Part shown: piece by piece, positions 40,471 through 54,200 of the stretch
Numbering within the stretch: position 1 is the first letter of the stretch
How the letters are laid out: each line of letters opens with the position of its first letter
From: Octopus vulgaris
Taxonomy: Eukaryota
Direction of reading: 5' to 3'
Length of the DNA stretch: 64,000 nt
Assembly: GCA_951406725.2 (NCBI GenBank)
Contig: OX597831.1
Coordinates: forward strand, 82,894,001 to 82,958,000
Notes under the pieces: model-generated
Databases searched by the model: none
Told to the model about the DNA's origin: nothing
What the model saw: only the letters and a program-made list of their open reading frames with translations
Position numbers and translations under genes: made by a program

Positions 40471-41990
40471 CTACAACAGAGGAAGAAGGATAAGAACAAT
40501 GGCAGAAACTTCACATGTTTGATATGAAAATGAGTCTGAAGAGGATAAACACAACACAACATCTTCAGATAATCCCTACAGAGGGATAAAGATAAAAGAG
40601 CAATATTTCAATGGCAGTAAAGATGAGTAGAGGAGGATTTGAAGAGGAAGTTGCAGTGGTGTAAAAGGATGGGGCTATTTAGTGTGGTTCTAGGAGTGAA
40701 ACAGAGTGGAGGTAAGGAAACAAGGTAAAAAAGGGCTGAATGGAGAAGGTTTTGACAAAGCTGGGGGTTTGGAAATTCAGAGAGAACAAAGAGCATCATA
40801 GTTACAGTGTTTAGGGACCAGTCAAATGTACTTCCTCTCTTAAATAATTACTTAATCATTAGCAGCATGTTAATTGTATTTAATCACAGAGAAATAATAG
40901 TAAAGACAGACTTTCCCATCTTTGATTCTTTAGACACAATAAAACCTTATCCACTGCGTCTCTCTCTCTCCCCGACTTCCAATCACAGCAGATGAAACAA
41001 AATCGCTTCTTAGATACAAATATTGTCCAATGTAACAATGGTCAGAAATAAATGTTTTAACAGGTCTTGTGTGACAAATGATGGAAGTTGAGATGATATA
41101 TTATGGGGGACAAGCCATGGCACAATGAAATATTTTGGGGAATGAGTTATGGCACAATGGTATATTTGGGGGGAGGGGGCGAGCTATGGCACAACAACTG
41201 CTTCACAACTGGTTTCAACATTATTTGTCAGCCATAAATATTCAATGTTTTTAGATATTGAGCAGTTTTGTAATAATGTTGGGTTGTGTTCAATAAAACT
41301 GATAGATTTTTACTCATGTCCATATATTGTCAGCTAGCCCCTACTGTACACACACACACACCCTAATCCCATCCCTAACACTACTGTAGCCCCCAATCCA
41401 CTCAGTAATCCTCATGATATATTGCTGTAGGAAGATATTTGCAGACCAAAGACTTTTGTGTGTGTCTCTGCGTTTATGCTTAAATATGGGTGTATAAGAG
41501 TGAGGCCATATTCATATCCATCTGCATGTGTGTATGTGTAACAGCATGATTATTAGAGGCCTGTGTACGTGAGTGTGTGTGTGTGTGTAGCCATGTCTAT
41601 GTGTTTGTGAGTTGCTGGATCTATGTCCAGACTTTACACCACCAAATGAGATATAAAAACCGTATTTCTCCAGTTGTGATCAATCAACATTAAAATATGA
41701 TGGAATAAAAAACAAATCCGAAACCAAAAGGAAGAATGAATCGAGAAGTGAGAGAGAAACTAGAAACACAATGGCAACAATAGGAACCTAATTTCAAAGA
41801 CAACTTCAAAGTGGAACCAGGCAGATTGTAAATACGAGATGACACTGGAAAGTTGCAACTGAAGGAGATGGCGGCGGCGGGGGGGGGGGTAGATTCCAAA
41901 GATTGGAACAGAAGCATAAAACACCATTCAGTCTTGGAGGTGGCAAATAGTTTACAGCATCACCAACAACATCATCATCAGAACTATTAC

Positions 41991-42029
<39 letters not shown>

Positions 42030-42108
42030 TATTATTATTATTTCATGTGATATATCCTTTTCATGAAAAGTAATCTCACTGGATCAATACTTCAATAAGG
42101 TCTATATG

Positions 42109-43757
42109 TACATACATACATACATACAATACATACATACAATACATACATACATACATACATACATACATACATACATACATACATAAATACATACATA
42201 CATACATACATACATACAATACATACATACAATACATACATACATACATACATACATACATACATAAATACATACATACATACATACATACATACATACA
42301 TACATACATACATACATACATACATTCATACATACATACATACATACATACAATACATACATACAATACATACATACATACATACATACATACATACATA
42401 CATACATACATACATACATACATACATACATACATACATACATACATACATACAATACATACATACATACATACATACATACATACAATACATACATACA
42501 ATACATACATACATACATACATACATACATACATACAATACATACATACAATACATACATACATACATACATACATACATACAATACATACATACAATAC
42601 ATACATACATACATACATACATACATACATACATACAATACATACATACAATACATACATACAATACATACATACATACATTCATACATACATTCATACA
42701 TACATACATACATACATACATACAATACATACATACAATACATACATACATACATACATACATACATTCATACATACATACATACATACATACATACATA
42801 CATACATACATAAATACATACATACATACAATACATACATACAATACATACATACATACATACATACATACATACATACATACATACATACATAAATACA
42901 TACATACATACATACATACATACATACAATACATACATACAATACATACAATACATACAATACATACATACATACATACAATACATACATACAATACATA
43001 CATACATACATACATACATACATACATACATACATACATACATACATACAATACATACATACAATACATAAATACATACATACATACATACATACATACA
43101 TACAATACATACATACAATACATACATACATACATACAATACATACATACAATACATACATACATACATACATACATACATACATACAATACATACATAC
43201 AATACATAAATACATACATACATACATACATACATACATACAATACATACATACAATACATAAATACAATACATACATACAATACATACATACAATACAT
43301 ACATACATACATACAATACATACATACAATACATACATACAATACATACATACATACATACAATACATACATACATACATACATACATACATACAATACA
43401 TACATACAATACATACATACAATACATAAATACATACATACATACATACATACATACATACATACAATACATACATACAATACATAAATACATACATACA
43501 TACATACATACATACATTCATACATACATAAATACATACATACATGCATACATACATACATACATACATACATACATACATACATACATACATACATACA
43601 TACAATACATACAATACATACATACATACATACAATACATACATACACACATACATACATACATACATACATACATACAATACATACATACACACATACA
43701 TACACACATACATACATACATACACACATACATACATACACACATACATACATACAC

Positions 43758-43786
<29 letters not shown>
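42109..43786. repeat. ~1.7-kb compound (CATA)n satellite with CAATA variants
   Basis: Direct reading. Confidence 0.98.
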
Positions 43787-43789
<3 letters not shown>

Positions 43790-44909
43790 TCTTTGTATCC
43801 AAAAACCTGGAAAAAGTTATAAATAATCCATACTTTCGTCAATGCTTCTGCTGCTGACAACTGGGCTGTCAACTTGGTATCAATACACACAGCACCGCGT
43901 CACACACGCCTGTCAACTACAGAACAATACAGTGTGTCTATACGTACACACACACACACACACACACACATTTCTACAAACACACATGTATATACATATG
44001 TGTATATATATTTATACATAATTTATAGATATACATATATGCACATATGTATATGTGCATATATGTGTGTGTGTACATTATCTACCAATATAGATATATT
44101 ACATCATGCCTTCTAAATAAAGTTTTTTCCAGCCACTGTACAAGTGAGGATTGCAAAATCCATTTTCTGCCCAAATCCACAAAACCCTGGTAGTTTCTGG
44201 ACCACAAAAAGTTATATTAAAGTATTGACGGATCAGTGGCTCTGTGGCCCAGAAGATGGAAACATCAAAAGCCTTGTCAATGAATGGGGTAGATGCAAAA
44301 GGGAAAGAGCTACAACCACGTGTGTGTGTGTGTGTGTGTGTGGTGGGGTGGGGTGGGGGGGCAGTGCTATTCTGTTTGTTTATCTTTGTGTCCTGTGAAA
44401 GTTGTTAGGTGAGCACAAATATCTTCCCATTATGCAGATGGAGCAGTGGGGAATAAGAGATCCCTTTGCAGGAAAACCTGGCAAGGGTTAGTGGTGAGAA
44501 GGGCATCTGGCTGAAAACAGGGGCTTAAATAATGTATTTGTCTAATCCATACTAACACGAGAAAATGGATATAAAATGAACAAATGACTATCACAACTAA
44601 AAAACCCTGATTATTTTCTGTACTGAATATCATATAAACACATTATACATACATACATACATTATACATACATACACACATTATACATACATACATACAT
44701 ACATATGCAAACATACATACATATGCAAACATACGTACATAATATATATGTGTGTGGGAGTGTGTGTTTATGTATATATCAAATGGATGTTTAATAAAAC
44801 TATTCTGCACATACAATAATAATAATAAGGTATATATCATCATCATCATCATCATATATATATTTGTTTATGTATATGTATGTATGTATGTGTGTGTGTG
44901 TGTGTTTTT

Positions 44910-46534
44910 CATCATTATGATCATTTAACATCTGCTGTCCATGCTGGCATGGGTTGGACGGTTTGACTGGGGCTGGCATGCTGGAAGGCTGCATCGGGCT
45001 CCAGTCTGATTTGGCATGGTTTTCTAACCACTCCGAAAGTGTCATGGATGCTTTTATGTGCCACCAGCACAGGTGCCATTTTGTGTGATACTGGTATCTA
45101 CCATGAATGCGATTTTGCTAGGCTTGATGGGTCTTCTTCTCAAGCATGACATAATGCCAAAGGTCTTGGTCATTGCCTCTGTGAGGCCCAACACTCAGAA
45201 GGAGCTTGGCCACTTTGCCTCCATGAGGCCCAACGCTTGAAAGGTACTCAGCCACTTTGCCTCTGTGAGGCCCAACGCTTGAAAGGTTGAATTTTTACAT
45301 GCCACCAGCTTGGAAACACTTGCTTTGATGGGTCCTCTTAAGTAGAGCGCATTGCCAAAGGTCTCCATCACTAGTCATTGCCTCTATGAAGTTCAAAGTT
45401 TAAAGATCATGCTTCACCACTTTCTCCACAGTTAGGGATCGGCACATCGTTACACAGCTGTCCTCATCCATACACATCACATGACCATACTAGTGCAGTT
45501 GTCTCTCTTGTGCACCATATCTGATGCCTCTTATGCCCAACTCTCTCAGGATGCTTACACTCTGTCATATATGCACACTGACATTGCATGTCCAGTGAAG
45601 CATACTGGATTCATTTCTCTCAAGCCTTTGCATATTCTCAGCTGTCACAACCCATGTTGCACTGCCATGTGGCGTAGATGTTTGCACACAGGTATAAAAC
45701 AATCTGCCTTTCACTCTGAGAGAGAATCTTTTTTCAAGCAAGGGTGGGAGGTCTCTGAACTTTGCCCATCCTAATCTTATTCTCACAGCTACACTCTTGG
45801 AACACCCACCTCCACTACTAACCTGGTTGCCTAGATACCAGAAGCTGTCTCCTATCTCTAGCTTGCTCCCCTGGCAGTTGATGGAGTCTATTTTCTGCAC
45901 ATGTTCAGCATTTATAATGTCTGTGCATCTTCCACATACAGAAGTTAGTTTCTCTGTTGTTAATCTTCCTTTGATGTTGCTGCACCTTTTATGCATCCAA
46001 AGCTTACACTGGGTGCATCTTATACACCTTTTCTACAGATTGAACAGGACCATCTACTTGAAGGGACTTGTGATTTGTCTGCTTTAATATGACTTTGGTT
46101 ATTGCTGGGTTAACTCTAAGGCCCTTCGGTTCTAGACCTTGCTTCCATATCTGGAACTTCTTCTCTAGTTCTGGTAGTGATTCAGCTATAAGAACAAGGT
46201 TATCAGCATTGAGGAGCTCCCAATTCCTCTGTTATTTCCTGGAGGACTATGATGAACAAGAGGAAGCTGAGGACCAATCCTTGGGGAACCCCTACTTGTA
46301 CCCTGAATTTTTCGCTGTACTCATTGCCAATTGTCACCATACTGGTGGCATCCCTGTACGTGGCTTGTACAGCTCTCACCAACCACTCATCTATCCCTAG
46401 TTTCCACATTGACCACAAGATAACAGATCAGAGGACCCTGTCAAAAGCTTTCTCCAAGTCAACAAAAGCTAAGTACAGAGGTTTATCTGTGGCTATGTAT
46501 TTCTCCTACAGCTGCCTTACAAAAAATATAGCAT
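44910..46534 (-). mobile_element. 5'-truncated decayed RTE LINE
   Basis: KLGIDEWLVRAVQ...GVPQGLVLSFLLFIIVL; RIRLGWAKFRDL...LRVKGRL; conserved 3' end near 44930. Confidence 0.88.
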
Positions 46535-46598
46535 ATTTATATATATACATATATATATATATATGCATATATATATATATACATATGTATATATACAT

Positions 46599-46633
<35 letters not shown>

Positions 46634-46699
46634 GCCATATATAATGTATGGATGGGTTTATGCATATGTGTGTATGTATTCATATATATATGCATATGT

Positions 46700-47266
46700 A
46701 GGAGTGGCTGTGTGGTAAGTAGCTTGCTTAACTACTTAAGGCGGCGAGCTGGCAGAATCGTTAGCACTCTGGGCAAAATGCGTAGCCGTGTTCCGTCTGC
46801 CGTTACGTTCTGAGTTCAAATTCCACCCAGGTCGACCTTGCCTTTTGTTCTTTCGGGGTCAATTAAATAAGTACCAGTTATGCACTGGGGTCGATATAAT
46901 CGACTTAATCCGTTTGTCTGTCCTTGTTTGTCCTCTCTGTGTTTAGTCCCTTGTGGGTAGTAAAGAAATAGGTATTTCGTCTGCCGCTACATTCTGAGTT
47001 CAAATTCTGTCGAGGTCAACTTTGCCTTTCATCCTTTCGAGGTCAATTAAATATTTTACCAGTTACTCACTGGGGTTGATACAATCGACTTAATCCGTTT
47101 GTAGCCCCTTGTGGACAGTAAAGAAATAAGTAGCTTGCTTAACAACCACATGGTTCCGGGTTCAGTCCCACTGCATGGCACCTTGAGGAAGTGTCTTCTA
47201 CTATAGCCTCGGACTGACCAAAGTCTTGTGAGTGGAATTGGTAGATGGAAACTGAAAGAAGCCTGT

Positions 47267-47300
<34 letters not shown>

Positions 47301-47657
47301 CTGCTCGCTTAGCCAGCAGGATGGCGTCATTTGAAGGCTAAAACAATGCGAAGTGCATTGTGACCAGTGATGTGTAGCAACATCTGATAGTCTGGTCGGT
47401 CACGGTGATCACGGTGATATATATGTGTGTGTGTGTGTGTGTGTATGTATATGTTTGTGTGTCTGTGTTTGTCCCCCCAACATCGCTTGACAACCGATGC
47501 TGGTGGGTTTACGTTCCCATCACTTAGCAGTTCAGCAAGGGAGACCGATAGACTAAGTACTAGGCTTACAAAGAATAAGTCCTAGGATTGATTTGCATGA
47601 CTAAAGGCGGTACTCCAGCATGGCCACAGGGATATGACTGAAAGAAGTAAAAGAATA
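46700..47657 (+). mobile_element. tRNA-derived SINE (family A) carrying nested insertions
   Basis: Head ggagtggctgtgtggtaag is split from its B box ggttcagtccc by the family B insert; 3' part ends ccagcatggccacag...gactgaaagaagtaaaagaata. Confidence 0.8.
46733..47126 (+). mobile_element. SINE family B, partially dimeric, with 17-bp TSD
   Basis: TSD taagtagcttgcttaac at 46716-46732 and 47127-47143; the body from cgtctgccg..ac.ttctgagttcaaattc is repeated twice. Confidence 0.88.
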
Positions 47658-49228
47658 TACATACACACATATATATCTATATACTGCTGTATATGATATG
47701 TATGGGTGTGTTTATGTGTATAGGTGTCTGTGCATACACACACACACAGAGGCACATAACTGCTGCTCCCTCCACAGTGACTGCCACCGCTGCCACCAAA
47801 AGGTTTGCAGATCTTCACTGTTCCACTTCCAGAATGAAAACCTTAAATTTTCAAAAATTTCAATCAAACATTTATTTATAGATGTGAGTGAACAAAAAGA
47901 TATAAATATTTATTTATAAACTCTGCATGTGTGTGTATACACACATACACATACATGCAGAGTTTATAAATAGATATTTATATCTTTTGGTACACTCACA
48001 TCTTTATATATCTTTATATATGTGTGTGTGTGTGTGTGTGTATGTGTGTATACACACACACACGCACGCATATATAAAGATTTATACATAATCCCCTGAT
48101 ATAATTTGGACAGATCTGTAACAACCATTTTCTCTGGTTGTTAATCACATCTAAGACTTATCTTGATCATATCCTTTATGACTTGCCTTACTTCCAAGAG
48201 ACACTCTGCATCTATCTTACCAATAATCAGCCAGCACCCACAGAACATTGGTTTGTTTTGTTTTATTATTTCCAGAGTATTCCAAAGAAAATGTTTTCTT
48301 TTTATCCTCTTTCCCAGTGATATTTATTGTCAATCAATTATAAGAAAGTGAAAGAAAATAGAAAAAGAGAAACGTGGTAAGATTTATAGCACTTGGATTG
48401 TTTTTTTAGGGTTTTCTTTAAAATACTTTTACATTGATCAGTTGATATTGTTATTTTTTTCTTTTTTGTTTTACCATTCTGTGAATGAGCAGCAGAAAAA
48501 GAAAGAAAGCATGAGATAGACAGGATGAACATGCAACATGTAGCTATGTGCAGGCCATACATGAAGAATCTGTAACGTTGCCAACATTTTTATCAAACTA
48601 GACATTTTGTATTAATGAGAAAATCTTTCAAAGAATCTGCCAAATGTTCTTATAAAAAGGTAACAAACAGATGGACTCATCGTATTAATTTACCGATTCT
48701 TTGAGTTGGTTCCTGCATTAGCCGTGTGTGTGTGAGTGTAACTTTTTGGAATAAGTCCCAATTTGGGAGAGAACATCATTTTATTGTGCAAATGTTATTG
48801 TTTTTTTTCCTTTATTTATTTTCTTTTATTTTTATATGTTTTCCCTCACCTTCCTCTCCATCACATTTCTCTCCCATTTACAGTCAGATCTCTTTTACTG
48901 ATAACATTATTTGAGATAAACAAGCACCAGGTGGCCTTCTTTTGATCCATTCTTATAGATTCGGCTTCAACCAAAACAATAGGGAACTTTACTTTTTTAT
49001 CATTCAATGCTTAATAGAATAAATACCAGTTATGAAAGTGGGACAGATTCAGTCAACTTTACCCTTACCGTCCATTACTCTGCTGCTTACATCAGACACC
49101 AATATGTAAGAATGATAAAGATGGTTGGTGGAGTAGCATTGTTGTGGAAGGATAAATACTGGGTAGAGTTTTGGTTGAAATTGAATTCTGTCATGTCTAA
49201 TGACACTGTACCACACACACAGACACAT

Positions 49229-49273
<45 letters not shown>

Positions 49274-49688
49274 CACACACACACACATGCACGCACAGAC
49301 ACACACACACACATTTTGCATCTGTTTTCAAAGTTAGCATGAGATGGGTGGGTTACCACAGCTCAAGTCAGTTCTTATTCAAAGTTCCTTTACTGGATGG
49401 GTCAGGAGACCACATGTCACATGTTTATTCAGTTTTGGGGGCTGGTTTCTCTGGCTTTCACCAACCACTTTAATTTTTAGAAACATGCGCATGAATGTGT
49501 GTGTGTGTGTGTGTATGTGTGTGCATAGATGCATACATCGCATGATGCATGTGTGTGAGCATATATCTATGAATAATTTCATAAGACTCTGTTTAATTCT
49601 TTTTTGTCTGGATTTATTTTTTCTCTTCAGTAAAGAGAAAAAAGTAGAAAAAGAAAACCCAAAATAAATGAAAGATAATCCTAATTAC

Positions 49689-49864
49689 GTGATATTTTCC
49701 TTTGATAATCATCTTCTGCAACCTTTCTTTTGTTCCATAAAACGGTGGGTAACCTGCCAGCAAAATAAACAGCATCAAACCACATCCCCACACATCCACT
49801 GGCTTCCCATATTCTTCGTTCTTTACAACTTCTGGTGCCATGAAGTGAGATGTACCAATGCGAC
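49689..49864 (-). CDS. CASK: CASK coding exon (176 nt), (G)[28 protein letters not shown]...KGKYH
   Basis: Long poly-T tract then ttggaag|GT acceptor, donor CAC|gtaatt; APE and DVWG motifs. Confidence 0.95.
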
Positions 49865-50034
49865 CTTCCAAGAAAAAAAAAAAAAAGGAAAAACAATATT
49901 AATGATTATTTTAATAATATTAAAAAAATTAAATTTATTAAAAAGAAAATGTTCTTTCATTGCTTGAAATGACAAGAAAAATGTAGATATGTTTTTGAAT
50001 ATAAAAACTTTTTGGCACCTTGGTCAGTAAAACA

Positions 50035-50696
50035 TCAACAGTGGCACACATTATGACAGAATGTCCCAAGTTGGCCCAGGAAGAACTTAAGAAATAGAGG
50101 TACGACCAGGTTGTAAAAGCCTTACACTGGGAACTGTGGCAGAAATGGGGATTTGAAGCTGGAACCAGATGATACAATCACCGAGTTGAAAAAGTACTGG
50201 AGTCAGAGAAATGGAAGATTTTGTGGGACTTTCCTATTCAAATGGACAAGAAGTTAGGAAAAAATAAACCAGACATAACAATTATAGATAAGGAAAAGCG
50301 AAATTGTTTTCTTATCGACCCATCATGAGCGTTTGATTCCAGGATTGTAAAGAAATAGGATGATAAACAAAAAATAAAAATACAGTCCCTTAAAATTTGT
50401 AATAGGAAGAATATAGAGCATGTGAGCAGTAAAGGCTGTGCCGATAACAACTGATGCATTGGAAATGGTAAGCAAAGATTTAGACATATGGCTGAAGGAA
50501 ACTGGAATAGTAGGCCTGGTAGGGTCCCTACAGAAAGTTTGTCTCTTAGGGACAATGAGGATTATCAGGAAGATTCTAAGCACTTGAAAGACAGCTGAAA
50601 GCTTGTAGACACCTAAGGTTACAGGTAGTAACCCACTGCTCACATAATTCTACAAGGAATAAGACCGAACCCGAGCCAAACCTAAATAATAATAAT
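50035..50696 (+). mobile_element. 3' fragment of an R4/Dong-like non-LTR element with restriction-like endonuclease
   Basis: TVAHIMTECPKLAQ...RYDQVVKALHWEL...KILWDFPIQMDKKLGKNKPDITIIDK...CFLID shows the zinc-knuckle end, RHD-like and PD-(D/E)xK motifs with in-frame stops; it ends in taataataat. Confidence 0.78.
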
Positions 50697-50701
50697 GATG
50701 A

Positions 50702-50735
<34 letters not shown>

Positions 50736-50859
50736 GCACTTAGTGTATACAGTGTTCAGGTGCAACTCATCGGAAAAAGGAACCAAGTAAACTATACGAA
50801 CAGTATGTAGAATATGCACAGGTGGACAGTGATTAAGTCATTAAAAAGAAGAAAAAAAA

Positions 50860-51212
50860 CTGTGGAGGGAACCTGTTGTAGAGGTAGACCCAGGAAGACA
50901 TGGGATGAGGTGGTGAAGCATACCTCACAGTGGCAATGGACTAGTGACCGAGACCTTTGGCAATATGCTGTGCTTGTGAAGACCCGTCAAGCCAAGTAAA
51001 ATCACAGATGTGATAGATACTGATGTCTCACAAATGCTAGTGGCATGTAAAAGCACCCATTACACTCTCAGAGTGGATGGCATTAGGGAGGGCATCCAAC
51101 TGTAGAAACCATGCCAAATCAGATTGGAGTGTGGTATAACCTTCCAGCCTTGCCAGCCCTGGCCAAACCATCCAACCCATGCCAGCATGGACAATGGATG
51201 TTAAATAATGAT
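50860..51212 (+). mobile_element. RTE LINE 3' fragment
   Basis: TVEGTCCRGRPRKTWDEVVK...DRDLWQYAVLVKTRQAK* followed by the conserved 3' end. Confidence 0.85.
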
Positions 51213-54200
51213 TCATCATCATCCAACCCATGCTGGCATGGGTTGGACGGTTTGACCAGGGCTGGCAGGCTGAAAGGCTGCACTAAACTCCAGTATGTTT
51301 CTGTATGGTTTCTACGGCTGGATGTTCTTCCTAACACCAACCACTCCAAGAGGTCGCTTTTACATGCCACCAGCATGGGTGCAATTTGCATGACACTGGT
51401 ATTTGCCATGCCAGCAGTTTTACTTGGTTTGATGGATCTTCTTCTCAAGTACAACATAATGCCAAATGGCCTCAGTCCTTGCCTCCATGAGGCCAATGCT
51501 CAAAAGGTGCTTTTACATGCCACAAGGCACAGCTGCCATTTGTGTGACACCAGTATTGTGATATTACTTGGCTCTCAAGCACAACATAGCGACAAAGGTC
51601 TCAGTCATTGCCTCTGTGAGGCCCAACATTTGAAAGAAGCTCAACTACTTTGTCTCCATAAAGCTCAATGCTCGAAAGATGCTTTTTAGATGCCACCAGC
51701 ATGGGTTCCGGTTACATGACACCAGCATCAGCCATGACTACAATTTCACTTGGCTTCATGGGTCTTCACAAGCACAGTATATCACCAAAGGTCTCGGTCA
51801 TTAGTCATTGTCTCTGTGAGGCCCAAAGCTTGGACCATGCTTCACCACCTCGTCCTATGTCTTCTTGGGTCTACATCTACCACAGATTCCCTCCGCAGTT
51901 AGGGATCATCACTTCTTTACACAGTTGTCCTCGTCCATACACATCACATAGCCATACGAGTAGCACTTGTCTTTCTTGCACATCTGATGCCTCTTATGCC
52001 CAACTTTTCTCTCAAAATGCTTATACTCTGCCAAACATGCACACTGAGATTGCACATCCAGTGAAGCATACTGACTTCATTTCTTTTAAACCTAAACATG
52101 TCCTCCGCTGTCACAGCCCATATTTTACTGCCATGTAACATAGCTGTTCACATACAGGCATCATACAATCTTCCTTTCACTCTGAGAGAGAGGCCCTTTG
52201 TTGCCAGAAGAGACAGGAGCTCTCTAAACTTTGCCCAGCTTAAACTTATTCTGGCAGCTATGCTCTCAGAGCATCCACCTCCACTATTAACTCGGTCACT
52301 TAGGTAATGGAAGGCATCTACTACTTCTAGCTTACCCCCATGGCAGCTGATAGAGTCTATTTTCTGTACATTTTCAGTGTTTATTGTACCTGTGCATCTT
52401 CCACATACAAAAGCTATTTTCCCTGTTAACCTTCCTCTGATATTACTACAACTTTTATGTGTCCAAAGTTTACACCGGGTGATTCTTACAGAGTTACTAC
52501 CTACACCTTTTCGAACAGGGCCATCTACCTGAAGGGACTTGGGATTTGCCTGCCTTGCGACTTACGAAGACTTTGGTTATTGCTGGGTTAACTCTAAGGC
52601 CCTTCGGTTCTAGACCTTGCTTCCATACCTGGAACTTCTTCTCTAGTTCTGGTAGTGATTCAGCTATAAGAACAAGGTTATCAGCACAGAGGAGCTCCCA
52701 GGGGCAGCCTATCTTAAATTCCTGTTATTTCCTGGAGGACTATGATGAACATGAGGAAGCTGAGGACCAATCCTTGGTGAACCCCTACTTGTACCCTGAA
52801 TTTTTCGCTGTACTCATTGCCAATCGTCACCATACTGGTGACATCCCTGTACATGGCTTGTACAGCTCTCACCAACCACTCATCTATCCCTAGTTTCCAC
52901 ATTGACCACAGGATAACAGATCAGGGGATACTGTCAAAAGCTAAGTACAGAGGTTTATCTGTGGCTATGTATTTCTCCTGCAGTTGCCTTACAAAAAATA
53001 TAGCATCCATGGTGCTTCTCCCTGGCACAAAACCAAACTGCATCTCATCTAAACTAATTCTACCCCTAATTAGTTCAGCTGCGACTCTCTCCATAACTTT
53101 CATCCCGTGACGCAACAATTTGATACCTTTGTAATTATTTCTATCCAAGGCATCAACTCTACCTTTGTAGCAGTTGACTATGGTGCTGTTACACCAGTCA
53201 TTGGGTATGACTCTTTCATGAATCACCTGATTTACAATATGGGTGACTAGACCATAACCTACACTTCCAGATATTTTAAGCATCTCAGTGGTGATTCCTG
53301 AAGGGCCAGGGTCTTTTCCTGTCTTCACGTTCTTAATTGCTTTATCTACCAAGGTACTGTCAATTCAGGTAACTGGTTCCACAAACATTTGGCTGATTCT
53401 CCTCCTCCCTTTTGTTCTCTACATTCAGCTCTCTTTCACAATGGCATTTCCAAGCCTCTTTCTTTACAGAATCACTAAATGCAGGTGCACCATCATCGAT
53501 ATGGACACATTTCTCTCCTATGACATCACAATTTTCTCTCATACCCTGTCAGGCAATCCAGAACACCAACTCTTTGCTCCTCACGTCATTGAACACAAGC
53601 AAACTTCCTCTTTTCTGCTACTCCCTTGGCCATATATACCTGTCTCCTAGCTTTCCCTTCTGGCTATCTGATACACCTCCATGCTATCCTCACTCTTCCA
53701 GGTCTTCTAGGCTGGTTTCTTTGGTCTAATGGCCCTGTCTATGACAATGTTCCACCACCAAGTTACCTTAGGTTTAGTTGGGACTTTGCACCACCCACAG
53801 ATTTGGTCTGTGACACTCAGCAAGCTGTCCCACAGGAATTCCCAGTTTCCCTCTATGTTAAAAGTTTGTAGCTCCTCCTCCTCCCTCTCATCAAATTTCT
53901 GAATTAGAATGTCCCTAACTCTCTGACCACATGAAGCTTCCAAATCCTTCTTTTCTAGATTTGTCTACTTCTTGGCATCCTACTGGCCTTGAGTTTAAAA
54001 TCACTAATGACTGGTCTATGTTGGGGGTACATTCTTCACCAGGGAGGAGTCTTTGCATTTAAGAGCAACTATGCATCCCACTGCCAGGTGAGAATGTAAT
54101 CGATCTGGCTAGTATAGCCACCTGATTGGTAGGTTATCAGGTGGCTAGTTGGCTTCCTGAAGTTGGTGTTGCAGATCAATAGGTTATTTGCATCACAGAA

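Noticed and set aside
42076-43890. Long ORFs up to 483 aa (MYVCMYVC...)
   Set aside because: Translations of the (TATG)n satellite, which has no stops in those frames.
51111-51689. 192-aa ORF and similar ORFs at 8065-8646 and 9440-10045
   Set aside because: Chance frames through RTE 3' UTR repeats.
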